A DNA stretch of 26,281 nt, from contig ONOZ01000016.1 in the NCBI GenBank assembly GCA_900319595.1, forward strand, positions 1-26,281, in the 5' to 3' direction. Source of the DNA: an uncultured Bacteroidales bacterium (GTDB taxonomy: Bacteria; Bacteroidota; Bacteroidia; Bacteroidales; P3). A model generated the notes under the pieces. That model did not search any database and was not told the DNA's origin. It saw only the letters and a list, made by a program, of their open reading frames with translations. Below are positions 8,682 to 17,426 of the stretch, one piece after another (position 1 is the stretch's first letter; each line of letters starts with the position of its first letter). The translations under genes and the position numbers were made by a program.

Positions 8682-9680
8682 CTATAAAGATTCTATGAAC
8701 TTGTAAGGGTTGTCAATTTTATTCACTAGGTATTGCCAATTATACGAATCTTTATGTAGTATTTTTATAGTATATTTTTTGCCTTCTTTATTTGTTAATT
8801 TTTTTGCTTTCAAAGATGGGTTTGCTAAACGAAAATATTTGTATTCTGTACCTATTTGTTTTGCAAAAGCGTAAAAATCATTTATAGTTGAGTCAATTTG
8901 AATTGTATCATAATACAAAGATTGGTGGCAATCTATGGGGCGAACATAAAAACCGTACATCTGAGGATTTTGCATTATGACTTTATACGCTATAATTCTG
9001 TAAACATAACGTGCAGTTTCGCTATTGAGTGCTAAATCCCAATAATTATTGATATTTTGCTCCTTTATACGTGCTTTTAAACCATTCTCCCCACAATTAT
9101 ATGCTGCACAAGCCAGAGTCCATTTGCCAAGACGAGTATAACTCCCTTTTAGGTATTTACAAGCAGCAATGGCAGATTTGTCAATATCGTATCTTTCATC
9201 ATATTCACTATTGACAGTTAGTCCATATTCCTTAGCAGTCTGTGGCATAAACTGCCAAAAACCTTCAGCCTTAGCAGGAGAAACCACATTGCCTAAACTA
9301 CTTTCTGCAACAGCCAAATATTTCAAATCCTCAGGGACATTTTGTTGTTTAAGTATCTTTTCTATTTGTGGAAAATATCTATAAGCACGTTTTAGTATCA
9401 AAAAGGTTGTTGAATGTTGGTAACTAATGACAGACAGTTCTCTATCTAAAGCCTCTCTTACGAAAGTATTTTCCAAAGGTACTTTTTCGCCACAGAATGT
9501 TACCTCCTTAGGCATTGGGACTGCAAAGTTATGAAAATTTTCTTTTAATATTTCGGTATATTGTTCTTCATTATTTTTATGCTGCGTAGCAAAAACAAAT
9601 ATTTGAGAGGCAATAGCAATGGCACTTAGTACTATAGCAATTGTAGATATGATAATGATTGTATTTTCTTTCTTTTTCAT
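8682..9680 (-). CDS. Membrane-anchored lytic murein transglycosylase (SLT domain, MltD-like)
   Basis: N-terminal basic and hydrophobic anchor (MKKKENTIIIISTIAIVLSAIAIA). SLT motifs LAVAESS (catalytic Glu), AEGFWQFMPQTA and AAYNCG, plus ETARYVYRI. Confidence 0.88.
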   Translation of the reverse strand: MKKKENTIIIISTIAIVLSAIAIASQIFVFATQHKNNEEQYTEILKENFHNFAVPMPKEVTFCGEKVPLENTFVREALDRELSVISYQHSTTFLILKRAYRYFPQIEKILKQQNVPEDLKYLAVAESSLGNVVSPAKAEGFWQFMPQTAKEYGLTVNSEYDERYDIDKSAIAACKYLKGSYTRLGKWTLACAAYNCGENGLKARIKEQNINNYWDLALNSETARYVYRIIAYKVIMQNPQMYGFYVRPIDCHQSLYYDTIQIDSTINDFYAFAKQIGTEYKYFRLANPSLKAKKLTNKEGKKYTIKILHKDSYNWQYLVNKIDNPYKFIESL

Positions 9681-9685
9681 ATATT

Positions 9686-10852
9686 TTAAATATAGTTTTT
9701 TATATCATTAAGAGTTATAACCTTGTCGCACAGGATACTCAAACGCTCAATAATATTTCTTAATTGGCGTATATTGCCAGTATAATCAAAGGATTGAAGA
9801 AATTTGATTGCATTTTTATCTATCGCCATTTTTTCTTGTTTACTGTCTGTGGCAATTTGAGTTAGAAAATGGTCTATGAGTAATGGTATATCTTCTCGTC
9901 TGTCATTCAAATCGGGTACTTGAATTTCTATTACATTGATTCTATGATACAAATCTTCGCGAAAACGTCCTGCCTCAATTTCTTCTCTCAAATTTTTGTT
10001 TGTGGCAGATATAATTCTCACATCTACACTAATCTCTTTTTCGCTACCAACAGGTAAAATCTTTTTTTCTTGAATTGCTTGCAAAACTTTGCTTTGTGTA
10101 TTAAGCGACATATCTCCTATTTCGTCCAAGAATAGAGTTCCGCTGTCGGCAAGTTGAAATTTTCCTTTTTGTTTTGCAATGGCTGTGGTGAAAGAACCTT
10201 TTTCGTGTCCAAATAATTCACTTTCTATAAGTTCGTTAGGTATTGCAGCACAGTTCAGTTCAACAAAAGGATTTTTATTTCTTAGAGATTTTTCAAACAA
10301 CATCTTTGCTACGAGTTCTTTACCTGTTCCGTTGCCACCGGTAATCAAAACTTTTGCATCCGTAGGGGCTACTCTATCAATCATAGATAGCATTTTTTTG
10401 ATAGCCTCACTTTGTCCAACAATAACAGTATGAGATGGTAGAGTAGGAGCCTTGATTTGTTTTTGTTGTTTGATTGTCTTTGGAATCTGAGTAGGATTTT
10501 TATTGATATTTGCTTTAGCAACGTTGAGTACTTTAGTCAAATCCAAAGGTTTCTCAATATAATCAACTGCACCCTTTTTTAAGCACTCAACTGCAGTTTC
10601 TATCGTGCCATGTCCTGAAATCATAACGACAGGTGCTGATGAAAATTCGGTATATTTACTCAAAAATTCAATACCGTCAATTTGTGGCATCTTTATATCA
10701 CAGAAAATCAAGTCAATATTTTTGTCTTTCAAATTATTGATTCCATCTTTTCCATCAGTTGCCTCAAAGACGGTATAATTCTCTAATTCTAAGATGTCTT
10801 TTAACGCTCTACGTATTGCACGTTCATCGTCTATTACAAGCACACTATACAT
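9686..10852 (-). CDS. NtrC/NtrX-like response regulator (receiver + AAA+ sigma54-interaction domain, no C-terminal HTH)
   Basis: Receiver motifs VIDDE, D52 (CDIKMP), SGHG and EKP. AAA+ motifs Walker A GGNGTGKE, ELNCAA, ESELFGHEKGSFTTA, Walker B TLFLDEI, RFREDLYHR and GNIRQL. The protein stops shortly afterwards. Confidence 0.9.
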   Translation of the reverse strand: MYSVLVIDDERAIRRALKDILELENYTVFEATDGKDGINNLKDKNIDLIFCDIKMPQIDGIEFLSKYTEFSSAPVVMISGHGTIETAVECLKKGAVDYIEKPLDLTKVLNVAKANINKNPTQIPKTIKQQKQIKAPTLPSHTVIVGQSEAIKKMLSMIDRVAPTDAKVLITGGNGTGKELVAKMLFEKSLRNKNPFVELNCAAIPNELIESELFGHEKGSFTTAIAKQKGKFQLADSGTLFLDEIGDMSLNTQSKVLQAIQEKKILPVGSEKEISVDVRIISATNKNLREEIEAGRFREDLYHRINVIEIQVPDLNDRREDIPLLIDHFLTQIATDSKQEKMAIDKNAIKFLQSFDYTGNIRQLRNIIERLSILCDKVITLNDIKNYI

Positions 10853-10881
10853 TATTTAAGTCTTTTATTATTAAATATTTA

Positions 10882-10936
10882 TAATCACCGAAATAATTTT
10901 TTTATTCACAATAATAATTTTTTTTATCACCGTGAT
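10882..10936. repeat. Phased TCAC/T-tract imperfect repeats with an ATCAC-N-GTGAT palindrome
   Basis: (A/T)TCAC at 10884, 10905 and 10926 (21-nt period), separated by T7/T8 tracts. Palindrome ATCACCGTGAT at 10926-10936. Confidence 0.45.
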
Positions 10937-10964
10937 TCTTTTATTTCTATCACATCACACTTTT

Positions 10965-12149
10965 TTATATATTCAACTTGTTATATGCAACCATCCATCT
11001 GTCTGGCATATCACCATTTTCTGACGCTTTATAATCTGCATAAAGACAAGGGACAATGTAATGACGTATATATTTTTGTTTCATCAAATTTGTACAAGGT
11101 ACTTGTACCCACCATCTATCGCTTTTCTTTGACTTATAGAAAACAACCTCGTCTTCTAAATTTTTTAAAAGTACTTTAAATTGGATATAATTATCATCAT
11201 TTTCGCTTGGAAAATCATTTTTTCTCCATATAAAGCCTTCAATCAGATAATATATACAATGGGCAATTATTTGTGAGGTTCTGCCACCTATATCTGTCAA
11301 AACATTATTGCCAAAAAAGCCAATGGAAGTTAATTTGTCGCTCATGCCTGCATAATTAACAATTTTGCACAGTTCCTCTCCATAAAGTCCATGAGGAGAA
11401 AAACTACTAGGAGCATCTGAAGCCCTAACGCAATTCATATCCACCATTAGCATATCGGCATCCCTAACCAAAGGTTCGCATCTTTCTAAATTTTGTTGTA
11501 AAAGACCTAATCTTACCCGTTCAAAATGTAAATCGTCAAGTAGATTCAACGCTTTTTTGTCTACAAAATAGGTTTGAAAACCGGCATGTGTATAGTCAAA
11601 CAAAAAATTTGGTTCGCTACAAACTATTTCGTGAAGAAAATTTTCGTCAGTTATAGGTTCGTCATCGGCAATTAAGTCAAATTTGCTATCTAATGCAAAA
11701 ATATTTATTATTTGTGACACATTGACATATCCCTTGTACATGCCTATCGCTACATCGTTGCTACCGCCAATTACAATGGGGATAATTTTCCTCTGCAATA
11801 AGTGTGCCATAACATTACCTAAGGCAAAATAAGTATCATTTACAGTATCACCCACTATTAAGTTGCCAAAATCCGCAATTTTTATTTTCGTTTCTTGTGG
11901 CATAAGTGAATAGAAATATCTTCTTACCTCGTCAGGATTGTAAGCACAACCTTTATTACCAATAGAGGCTCTATCTTCTTTTACTCCTATGATTGCCAAT
12001 TTAATATGATCGTCAAATTCTGGGAATGGTTCTTCTATGGAGTTTATAATCAATTTATCCCCCCATTTTTCAAATCCCTTATTTTTTGAAAAATTTAGAT
12101 CTTTTAAAGATACTGGTGCAAAATATTGCAAAAATTCGTTAGTATTCAT
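10965..12149 (-). CDS. Arginase/formimidoylglutamase-fold protein with degenerate metal-binding motifs
   Basis: Ureohydrolase-like layout (IADFGNL, IPIVIGG, GFQTYFV, SPHGLYGEELC) plus a C-terminal extension (FYKSKKSDRWW..VPC) that I recognise from Bacteroidota homologues. Confidence 0.75.
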   Translation of the reverse strand: MNTNEFLQYFAPVSLKDLNFSKNKGFEKWGDKLIINSIEEPFPEFDDHIKLAIIGVKEDRASIGNKGCAYNPDEVRRYFYSLMPQETKIKIADFGNLIVGDTVNDTYFALGNVMAHLLQRKIIPIVIGGSNDVAIGMYKGYVNVSQIINIFALDSKFDLIADDEPITDENFLHEIVCSEPNFLFDYTHAGFQTYFVDKKALNLLDDLHFERVRLGLLQQNLERCEPLVRDADMLMVDMNCVRASDAPSSFSPHGLYGEELCKIVNYAGMSDKLTSIGFFGNNVLTDIGGRTSQIIAHCIYYLIEGFIWRKNDFPSENDDNYIQFKVLLKNLEDEVVFYKSKKSDRWWVQVPCTNLMKQKYIRHYIVPCLYADYKASENGDMPDRWMVAYNKLNI

Positions 12150-12159
12150 ATAATTAAGA

Positions 12160-13467
12160 TTAATTTATTCTTTCAATATCGGCTCCTATTGCGTTTAACC
12201 TCTCGTCAATACGCTCATAGCCACGGTCTATTTGTTCGATATTGTCAATAACACTAATTCCGTCCGCACTCATTGCTGCAATAAGCAAAGCAACACCGGC
12301 ACGAATATCTGGTGAAGACATATTGAGCCCTTTGAGTTTGTATTTACGTTCATTTCCAATAACAGTAGCACGGTGGGGGTCGCATAAAATAATTTGAGCA
12401 CCCATATCTATCAATTTGTCAACGAAAAATAAGCGACTTTCAAACATTTTTTGATGGATTAGAACACTACCTTTGGCTTGAGTAGCAATGACGAGTGCAA
12501 TACTTATCAAATCTGGTGTGAATCCAGGCCAAGGTGCATCAGAAATAGTCATAATGGAGCCGTCCATAAACTTTTCTATCTCGTAAATATCTTGTCCTGG
12601 TATCAAAATATCATCATTGGCTTGAATTATTTTGATACCTAATCGCGAAAACACTTGTGGAATAATGCCAAGTTCTTTATAATGTACGTTACGCATAAGT
12701 ATTTCGCTTTGTGTCATTGCAGCCATTCCTATAAATGAACCTATCTCTATCATATCAGGCAAAAGTGTGTGCGTGCAGCCGTGTAATTTTTCATTACCAT
12801 ATATAGTAAGTAAGTTACTTCCAACACCCTCTATGTGAGCCCCCATATTATTTAGCATATTACATAATTGTAATATATAAGGTTCGCAAGCAGCATTGAA
12901 AATCGTTGTTATTCCTTCTGCTAAGACAGATGCTAAAATTATATTAGCAGTTCCCGTAACACTGGCTTCGTCTAATAGCATATAAGTACCACGCAAATTG
13001 TCGCAACGAATAGTATATGCTCGTTTTTCTTCGTCATATTCTAATTTAGCACCTAAATTTAAAAAACCGCTAAAATGAGTATCCAATCTCCTTCTTCCTA
13101 TTTTATCTCCTCCTGGTGTTGGAACGTATGCAGAATGAAATCTAGCGAGCATAGGTCCTACCGTCATAATACTACCACGTAAAGATGCGGTCATCTTACG
13201 ATATTTGTCGGAATAGATTTTATCCAAATCAATGTCATCTGCTTGAAAAGAATATGAATTTTCTGATAAGCGTTCAATCTTACATCCAATAAATTCCAAT
13301 AAAGCAATTAGATTATTGACATCTCGTATATTTGGAATATTGTTTATAACAACTTTTTCGCTCGTTAGCAAGACAGCACAAATAACTTGCAAGGCTTCAT
13401 TTTTTGCACCTTGAACTTGTAGTTCGCCTTTCAAACGTCTGCCACCTATAATTCTGAAAGAACTCAT
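12160..13467 (-). CDS. murA: UDP-N-acetylglucosamine 1-carboxyvinyltransferase
   Basis: GAKNEAL, LRGS, PGGDKIGRR, SVTGTANI, AACEP, PGFTPDL, FESR, DIRAG and IDRGYE motifs. Confidence 0.96.
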   Translation of the reverse strand: MSSFRIIGGRRLKGELQVQGAKNEALQVICAVLLTSEKVVINNIPNIRDVNNLIALLEFIGCKIERLSENSYSFQADDIDLDKIYSDKYRKMTASLRGSIMTVGPMLARFHSAYVPTPGGDKIGRRRLDTHFSGFLNLGAKLEYDEEKRAYTIRCDNLRGTYMLLDEASVTGTANIILASVLAEGITTIFNAACEPYILQLCNMLNNMGAHIEGVGSNLLTIYGNEKLHGCTHTLLPDMIEIGSFIGMAAMTQSEILMRNVHYKELGIIPQVFSRLGIKIIQANDDILIPGQDIYEIEKFMDGSIMTISDAPWPGFTPDLISIALVIATQAKGSVLIHQKMFESRLFFVDKLIDMGAQIILCDPHRATVIGNERKYKLKGLNMSSPDIRAGVALLIAAMSADGISVIDNIEQIDRGYERIDERLNAIGADIERIN

Positions 13468-14087
13468 TTTTGTTTATTATTACCGTTATTATTTTTCTTC
13501 TTTTTTTGTTGAACCTTGTTTTTCTGAAGTGGTTTAGATAAAATTTCTTTTGTAGTTTTGAAATGAAAATCTTTTTCCACCTTGAGTTTTCCATCAGATA
13601 ATAATTCCAAGTGTTTTAATATTACTTCTTCATCGCAAGTATTAATATTCCATTGCAAATGTGATCTTTTAAGTTCCTGTGCTATGCGAGCAGTAAGATT
13701 TTTTTTCTCCTCTCCTTCTTGCATAGTGGAAACTTTTTTTATCATCTGCTCCAAAAAAGTCCCGTATGTACGGAAGCGAATATTAGAGTTCTGATATTTT
13801 AAGGGTTGAGGCTTTTCGTCTTTTTCCTTTTTCGATGGTTTAGGATAAGGAGAATCTATATCTAAACTATAATCCGATATTATGAAAAGATGATCCCATA
13901 GTTTTCGTTCATAATTAGGAGAATCTTTACCATTATGATTAATTTGACGCATAGAAGATATTATAATTTTAGCATATTCAGTTCTTTTTTGTCTGTCTTC
14001 TATTTTTTTGCAAATACCTATCATTTTTTGAATATTTCGACCATATTCTGGTATAATAAGATGTTCTCTTTGAGTATTATATTCCAT
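13464..14087 (-). CDS. DUF4290 domain-containing protein
   Basis: N-terminus MEYNTQREHLIIPEYGRNIQKM and KLWDHLFIISDYSLDIDSPYP match my recollection of DUF4290. It sits directly upstream of murA with an ATGA overlap, as usual in Bacteroidota. Confidence 0.8.
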   Translation of the reverse strand: MEYNTQREHLIIPEYGRNIQKMIGICKKIEDRQKRTEYAKIIISSMRQINHNGKDSPNYERKLWDHLFIISDYSLDIDSPYPKPSKKEKDEKPQPLKYQNSNIRFRTYGTFLEQMIKKVSTMQEGEEKKNLTARIAQELKRSHLQWNINTCDEEVILKHLELLSDGKLKVEKDFHFKTTKEILSKPLQKNKVQQKKKKNNNGNNKQK

Positions 14088-16419
14088 AGTTATTATCTTT
14101 TATTTTTAATTTTGCAAACTTTAAAATTAATGTTTTTTGATTAGGAAAATCTTTAAATTGCACTTTTGCTCGCAAATCTCCACCTTCGCTATATACTTCA
14201 TTCACTGTACCTTCCCCAAATTTGATGTGCTGGACGTATGTACCCTCGTTAATTTCGTCCAACGTGGCAAAACGCCAACCCTGTGTATTATCTTTTTTCT
14301 TTAATTGCAACTGAGTTCTATGTTGAGTAAGGGAATTATATCGTAAAGATGACAATGGCTTCTTTTTTGTAAAAGTATCGGAGCGATTCTCCTTTAAAAT
14401 AGATATACTTGTTGAATCGATAGAGTTTGTAGCGTTTTCGTAAACTACATATTTGGAATCAATTTCTTTAATGAACCTACTGGTCTCAGAAAAAATTGTT
14501 TCGTTGAATTTGAACCTCACATTAGCAGAAGACATTAGCAAATGTTTTTTTGCCCTTGTTATTGCAACGTAGAATAATCTCCTTTCCTCCTCAATATTAT
14601 CTATAGAACCAAGATTCATTATAGAAGGGAATAGATTTTCTTCCATCCCAACAATGAAAACAGTGTCAAATTCCAATCCCTTTGAAGAATGAACAGTCAT
14701 AAGTTTTACAAAACTATCCTCTTCATTTTCATCATTGTCTGTATTTGTAATGAGGGAAATTTGTTGTAAGAAAACGTCCAAGGTTTTATTCTTAATAGAA
14801 ATTTCTTCCCCTGTAAGGCTGTCTACAAGATTCTCTTCGTCAGATTCAACAAAGGATTGCATTGAACCTATTAGCTCATTGATATTTTCTATTCTGTCTT
14901 TGTCGTCAGCATCACGTAATAACCTTAAATTATCTACAATTCCAGACCTGTTTATAATTTCGCTCCCTAAATCGTATGCATTACATTGTTGGACTTTTAT
15001 GCTGAAAGTTTCTATCATAGTACAGAAACTACTTAATTCTAACACAGCTCGTGATGTTATTTTATACGGATTAAGCGAATGTATCTGTTTTGCGGCTTTA
15101 AACAATGAGCAATCCAGCTGATTGCTTGTTAGTTTTAACTTATCAAGTGTAGTTTGTCCAATGCCTCTTGTAGGATAATTGACAATTCTTTCAAACGCTT
15201 CGTTATCATCATTATTTACAACCAAACGAAGATATGCAACACAATTTTTAATTTCCTTACGGGCATAAAAAGAGGTGCCACCATAAATTCTATATGGAAT
15301 ATTTTTTAGACGCAAACAATCCTCAAAAGAACGAGATTGTGAATTAGTCCTATATAATATTGCCATATCTTTGTATAGTTCTCCATTTTTTACAAAATAC
15401 TCAATTTTATTTGCAACCCAAGATGCTTCCTCTCTATCAGAAGGCAACATACAGTATAGCAGTTTATCTCCATCGTTATTTTGAGTGAAAAGATTTTTGG
15501 GAATTTGGTTTTCGTTCTTTTCTATTATACTATTAGCTGCATTAATTATATTTTTTGTGGAGCGATAATTCTGTTCCAATTTATATACTGTGGCATCTGG
15601 GTAATTGCTTTTAAACGACAAAATGTTTTCTATGCTTGCTCCTCTGAAAGAATATATACTTTGAGCATCATCTCCTACAACGCATATATTACGGTAATAG
15701 TCCGCTAATTTTTTCACTATTAAGTATTGTGCATAATTAGTATCTTGGTACTCGTCAACAAGTATATATTGAAAGCGATGTTGATATTTTTCTAATATGT
15801 CTTTATGGTCGCGTAGTAAAACGTTCATATTAAACAATATGTCGTCAAAATCCATGGCCATTGCTTGTCTTAATCGGCGTTGATAGATGGCATAAATTTT
15901 ATAAATATCTCCAATTTGTCCTTGTTCGTCTTCTGTACGAAACTGAAAATTCTTTTCATAATCTTGAGGAGAGAATAAAGCACATTTGGCTCGAGAGATA
16001 CGTTTCAAAACCCTATCGTTACGATATTGTTTATCGTTTAACTTCATTTCTTTTATGATATTGCCGATAAGTTTTTTTGAATCATCATCATCATATATAG
16101 TATAATTTCTTGTATAACCTATTCGCTCTCCTTCAATACGTAATATTCTAGAAAATATACTATGAAACGTACCCATAAGTATTGATTTAGCCTCTATTCC
16201 TACTAATTCTGCTATGCGTTCTTGCATTTCTTTTGCGGCCTTATTAGTGAAAGTTAAAGCCATTATTGAGAAAGGAGAAACACCTTGCGATAATAAGTAT
16301 GCAATACGATACGTCAGAGTTCGAGTTTTTCCACTTCCCGCTCCGGCAACTATCAAAATGGGTCCTTCTTTTTGAGTTACAGCCTGTTTTTGTATGTCGT
16401 TAAGTCCGTCAGTTATCAT
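14077..16419 (-). CDS. uvrD: ATP-dependent DNA helicase UvrD/PcrA
   Basis: SF1A motifs AGAGSGKT, LTFTNKAA, VDEYQDTN, VGDDAQSIYSFRGA, LEQNYRST, LYRTNSQSR, TVHSSKGLEF and EERRLFYVAITRA. C-terminal Tudor-like domain (VQHIKFGEGTV). Confidence 0.95.
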   Translation of the reverse strand: MITDGLNDIQKQAVTQKEGPILIVAGAGSGKTRTLTYRIAYLLSQGVSPFSIMALTFTNKAAKEMQERIAELVGIEAKSILMGTFHSIFSRILRIEGERIGYTRNYTIYDDDDSKKLIGNIIKEMKLNDKQYRNDRVLKRISRAKCALFSPQDYEKNFQFRTEDEQGQIGDIYKIYAIYQRRLRQAMAMDFDDILFNMNVLLRDHKDILEKYQHRFQYILVDEYQDTNYAQYLIVKKLADYYRNICVVGDDAQSIYSFRGASIENILSFKSNYPDATVYKLEQNYRSTKNIINAANSIIEKNENQIPKNLFTQNNDGDKLLYCMLPSDREEASWVANKIEYFVKNGELYKDMAILYRTNSQSRSFEDCLRLKNIPYRIYGGTSFYARKEIKNCVAYLRLVVNNDDNEAFERIVNYPTRGIGQTTLDKLKLTSNQLDCSLFKAAKQIHSLNPYKITSRAVLELSSFCTMIETFSIKVQQCNAYDLGSEIINRSGIVDNLRLLRDADDKDRIENINELIGSMQSFVESDEENLVDSLTGEEISIKNKTLDVFLQQISLITNTDNDENEEDSFVKLMTVHSSKGLEFDTVFIVGMEENLFPSIMNLGSIDNIEEERRLFYVAITRAKKHLLMSSANVRFKFNETIFSETSRFIKEIDSKYVVYENATNSIDSTSISILKENRSDTFTKKKPLSSLRYNSLTQHRTQLQLKKKDNTQGWRFATLDEINEGTYVQHIKFGEGTVNEVYSEGGDLRAKVQFKDFPNQKTLILKFAKLKIKDNNYGI

Positions 16420-17240
16420 TATTCTATTTCTGAATCAATTGCAATAGATTCCATATAATTGTTTTTTAAGCTATTTTTATTTTTAATTTCGTTATATACT
16501 ATGAATGCTATAACAATTATAGCCGAAAGCACAACTAAATACCATGCAAAACTATCATTTGTATTGTCTATATCTCCTCTAACATATAACCAAAGAGTGA
16601 TTGCGGCAATTGTGTTATTTGTAAAGTGGTATGTTATATTTGTCCATATATTTCTGCTGTATTGGTACAATAGTCCCAATAGTATTCCCAATATGAATCT
16701 TGCAAAGAAGTTAGGTAAATCAAAGTGAATGAGAGAAAAAATTACAGATGAGATAATTATTCCTAACCAAATTTTTTTTGTCCATTGTATAAATAATCTT
16801 TGCAAAATTCCTCTAAATACCCATTCTTCCAATATAGCGGGCAGTAATGCCATCACGACTATTAACTCAATCAACCCTATAATAGAAGTATCTGTAATCA
16901 TGGATAAAACTAATTTTCCATATGCAGAATCTTGTCCAATCGCAGTTACGATAGGTGCAGATGCAACCCATAAAAGTATTCCTACGAATAACCACATCCA
17001 ATTTAGATTAGAGCAAAACGTTTGTTGTAGAAATTGTTGTCTTTCAAAGAACAAATAATATAAATAAGCACTACCACCAAATATGAATATACTTGATAAG
17101 GCTTGTAACAATAACATATTATTTGTAAATATAACAACAACTGCTCCAATGATACTTCCTATGATTGTCATACAGATTACAAAAGCCACAAGTAGCATAA
17201 ACTTTTGCCAATAAGGAGTATGAATATTATGTAATTTCAT
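16419..17240 (-). CDS. CPBP (type II CAAX/Abi) family intramembrane glutamic endopeptidase
   Basis: Multi-TM protein with EEWVFRG (EExxxR), FSLIH (FxxxH) and HFTNN (HxxxN) motifs. Confidence 0.85.
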   Translation of the reverse strand: MKLHNIHTPYWQKFMLLVAFVICMTIIGSIIGAVVVIFTNNMLLLQALSSIFIFGGSAYLYYLFFERQQFLQQTFCSNLNWMWLFVGILLWVASAPIVTAIGQDSAYGKLVLSMITDTSIIGLIELIVVMALLPAILEEWVFRGILQRLFIQWTKKIWLGIIISSVIFSLIHFDLPNFFARFILGILLGLLYQYSRNIWTNITYHFTNNTIAAITLWLYVRGDIDNTNDSFAWYLVVLSAIIVIAFIVYNEIKNKNSLKNNYMESIAIDSEIE

Positions 17241-17306
17241 ATTTAATATTTTTTAATTGGTTTTATGTTGTGTTTTTTATACACAGCATTTATATATAAC
17301 ACTTTG

Positions 17307-17314
17307 CAAATATA
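17307..17314 (-). promoter_or_regulatory. -7 box of the promoter for the CPBP-uvrD-DUF4290-murA gene run
   Basis: Minus strand TATATTTG followed by CAAAG, about 65 nt upstream of ATG 17240. No clear -33 element. Confidence 0.55.
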
Positions 17315-17426
17315 AGAAATTTTCGTCAAATCATGTCTTCTTTATTAAAAATAATTTTTATACATTTGATTTACAGTAGATTATTGATATTGAGAAAAAT
17401 TATAATTTTGTGCATCGTATAGGAAA

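Noticed and set aside
17361-17410. Plus-strand TACATTTG and TAATTTTG boxes facing antisense into the uvrA 3' end
   Set aside because: They lack the GCA extension and a properly spaced -33 box seen at the credible promoters, so they are probably chance matches in AT-rich DNA.
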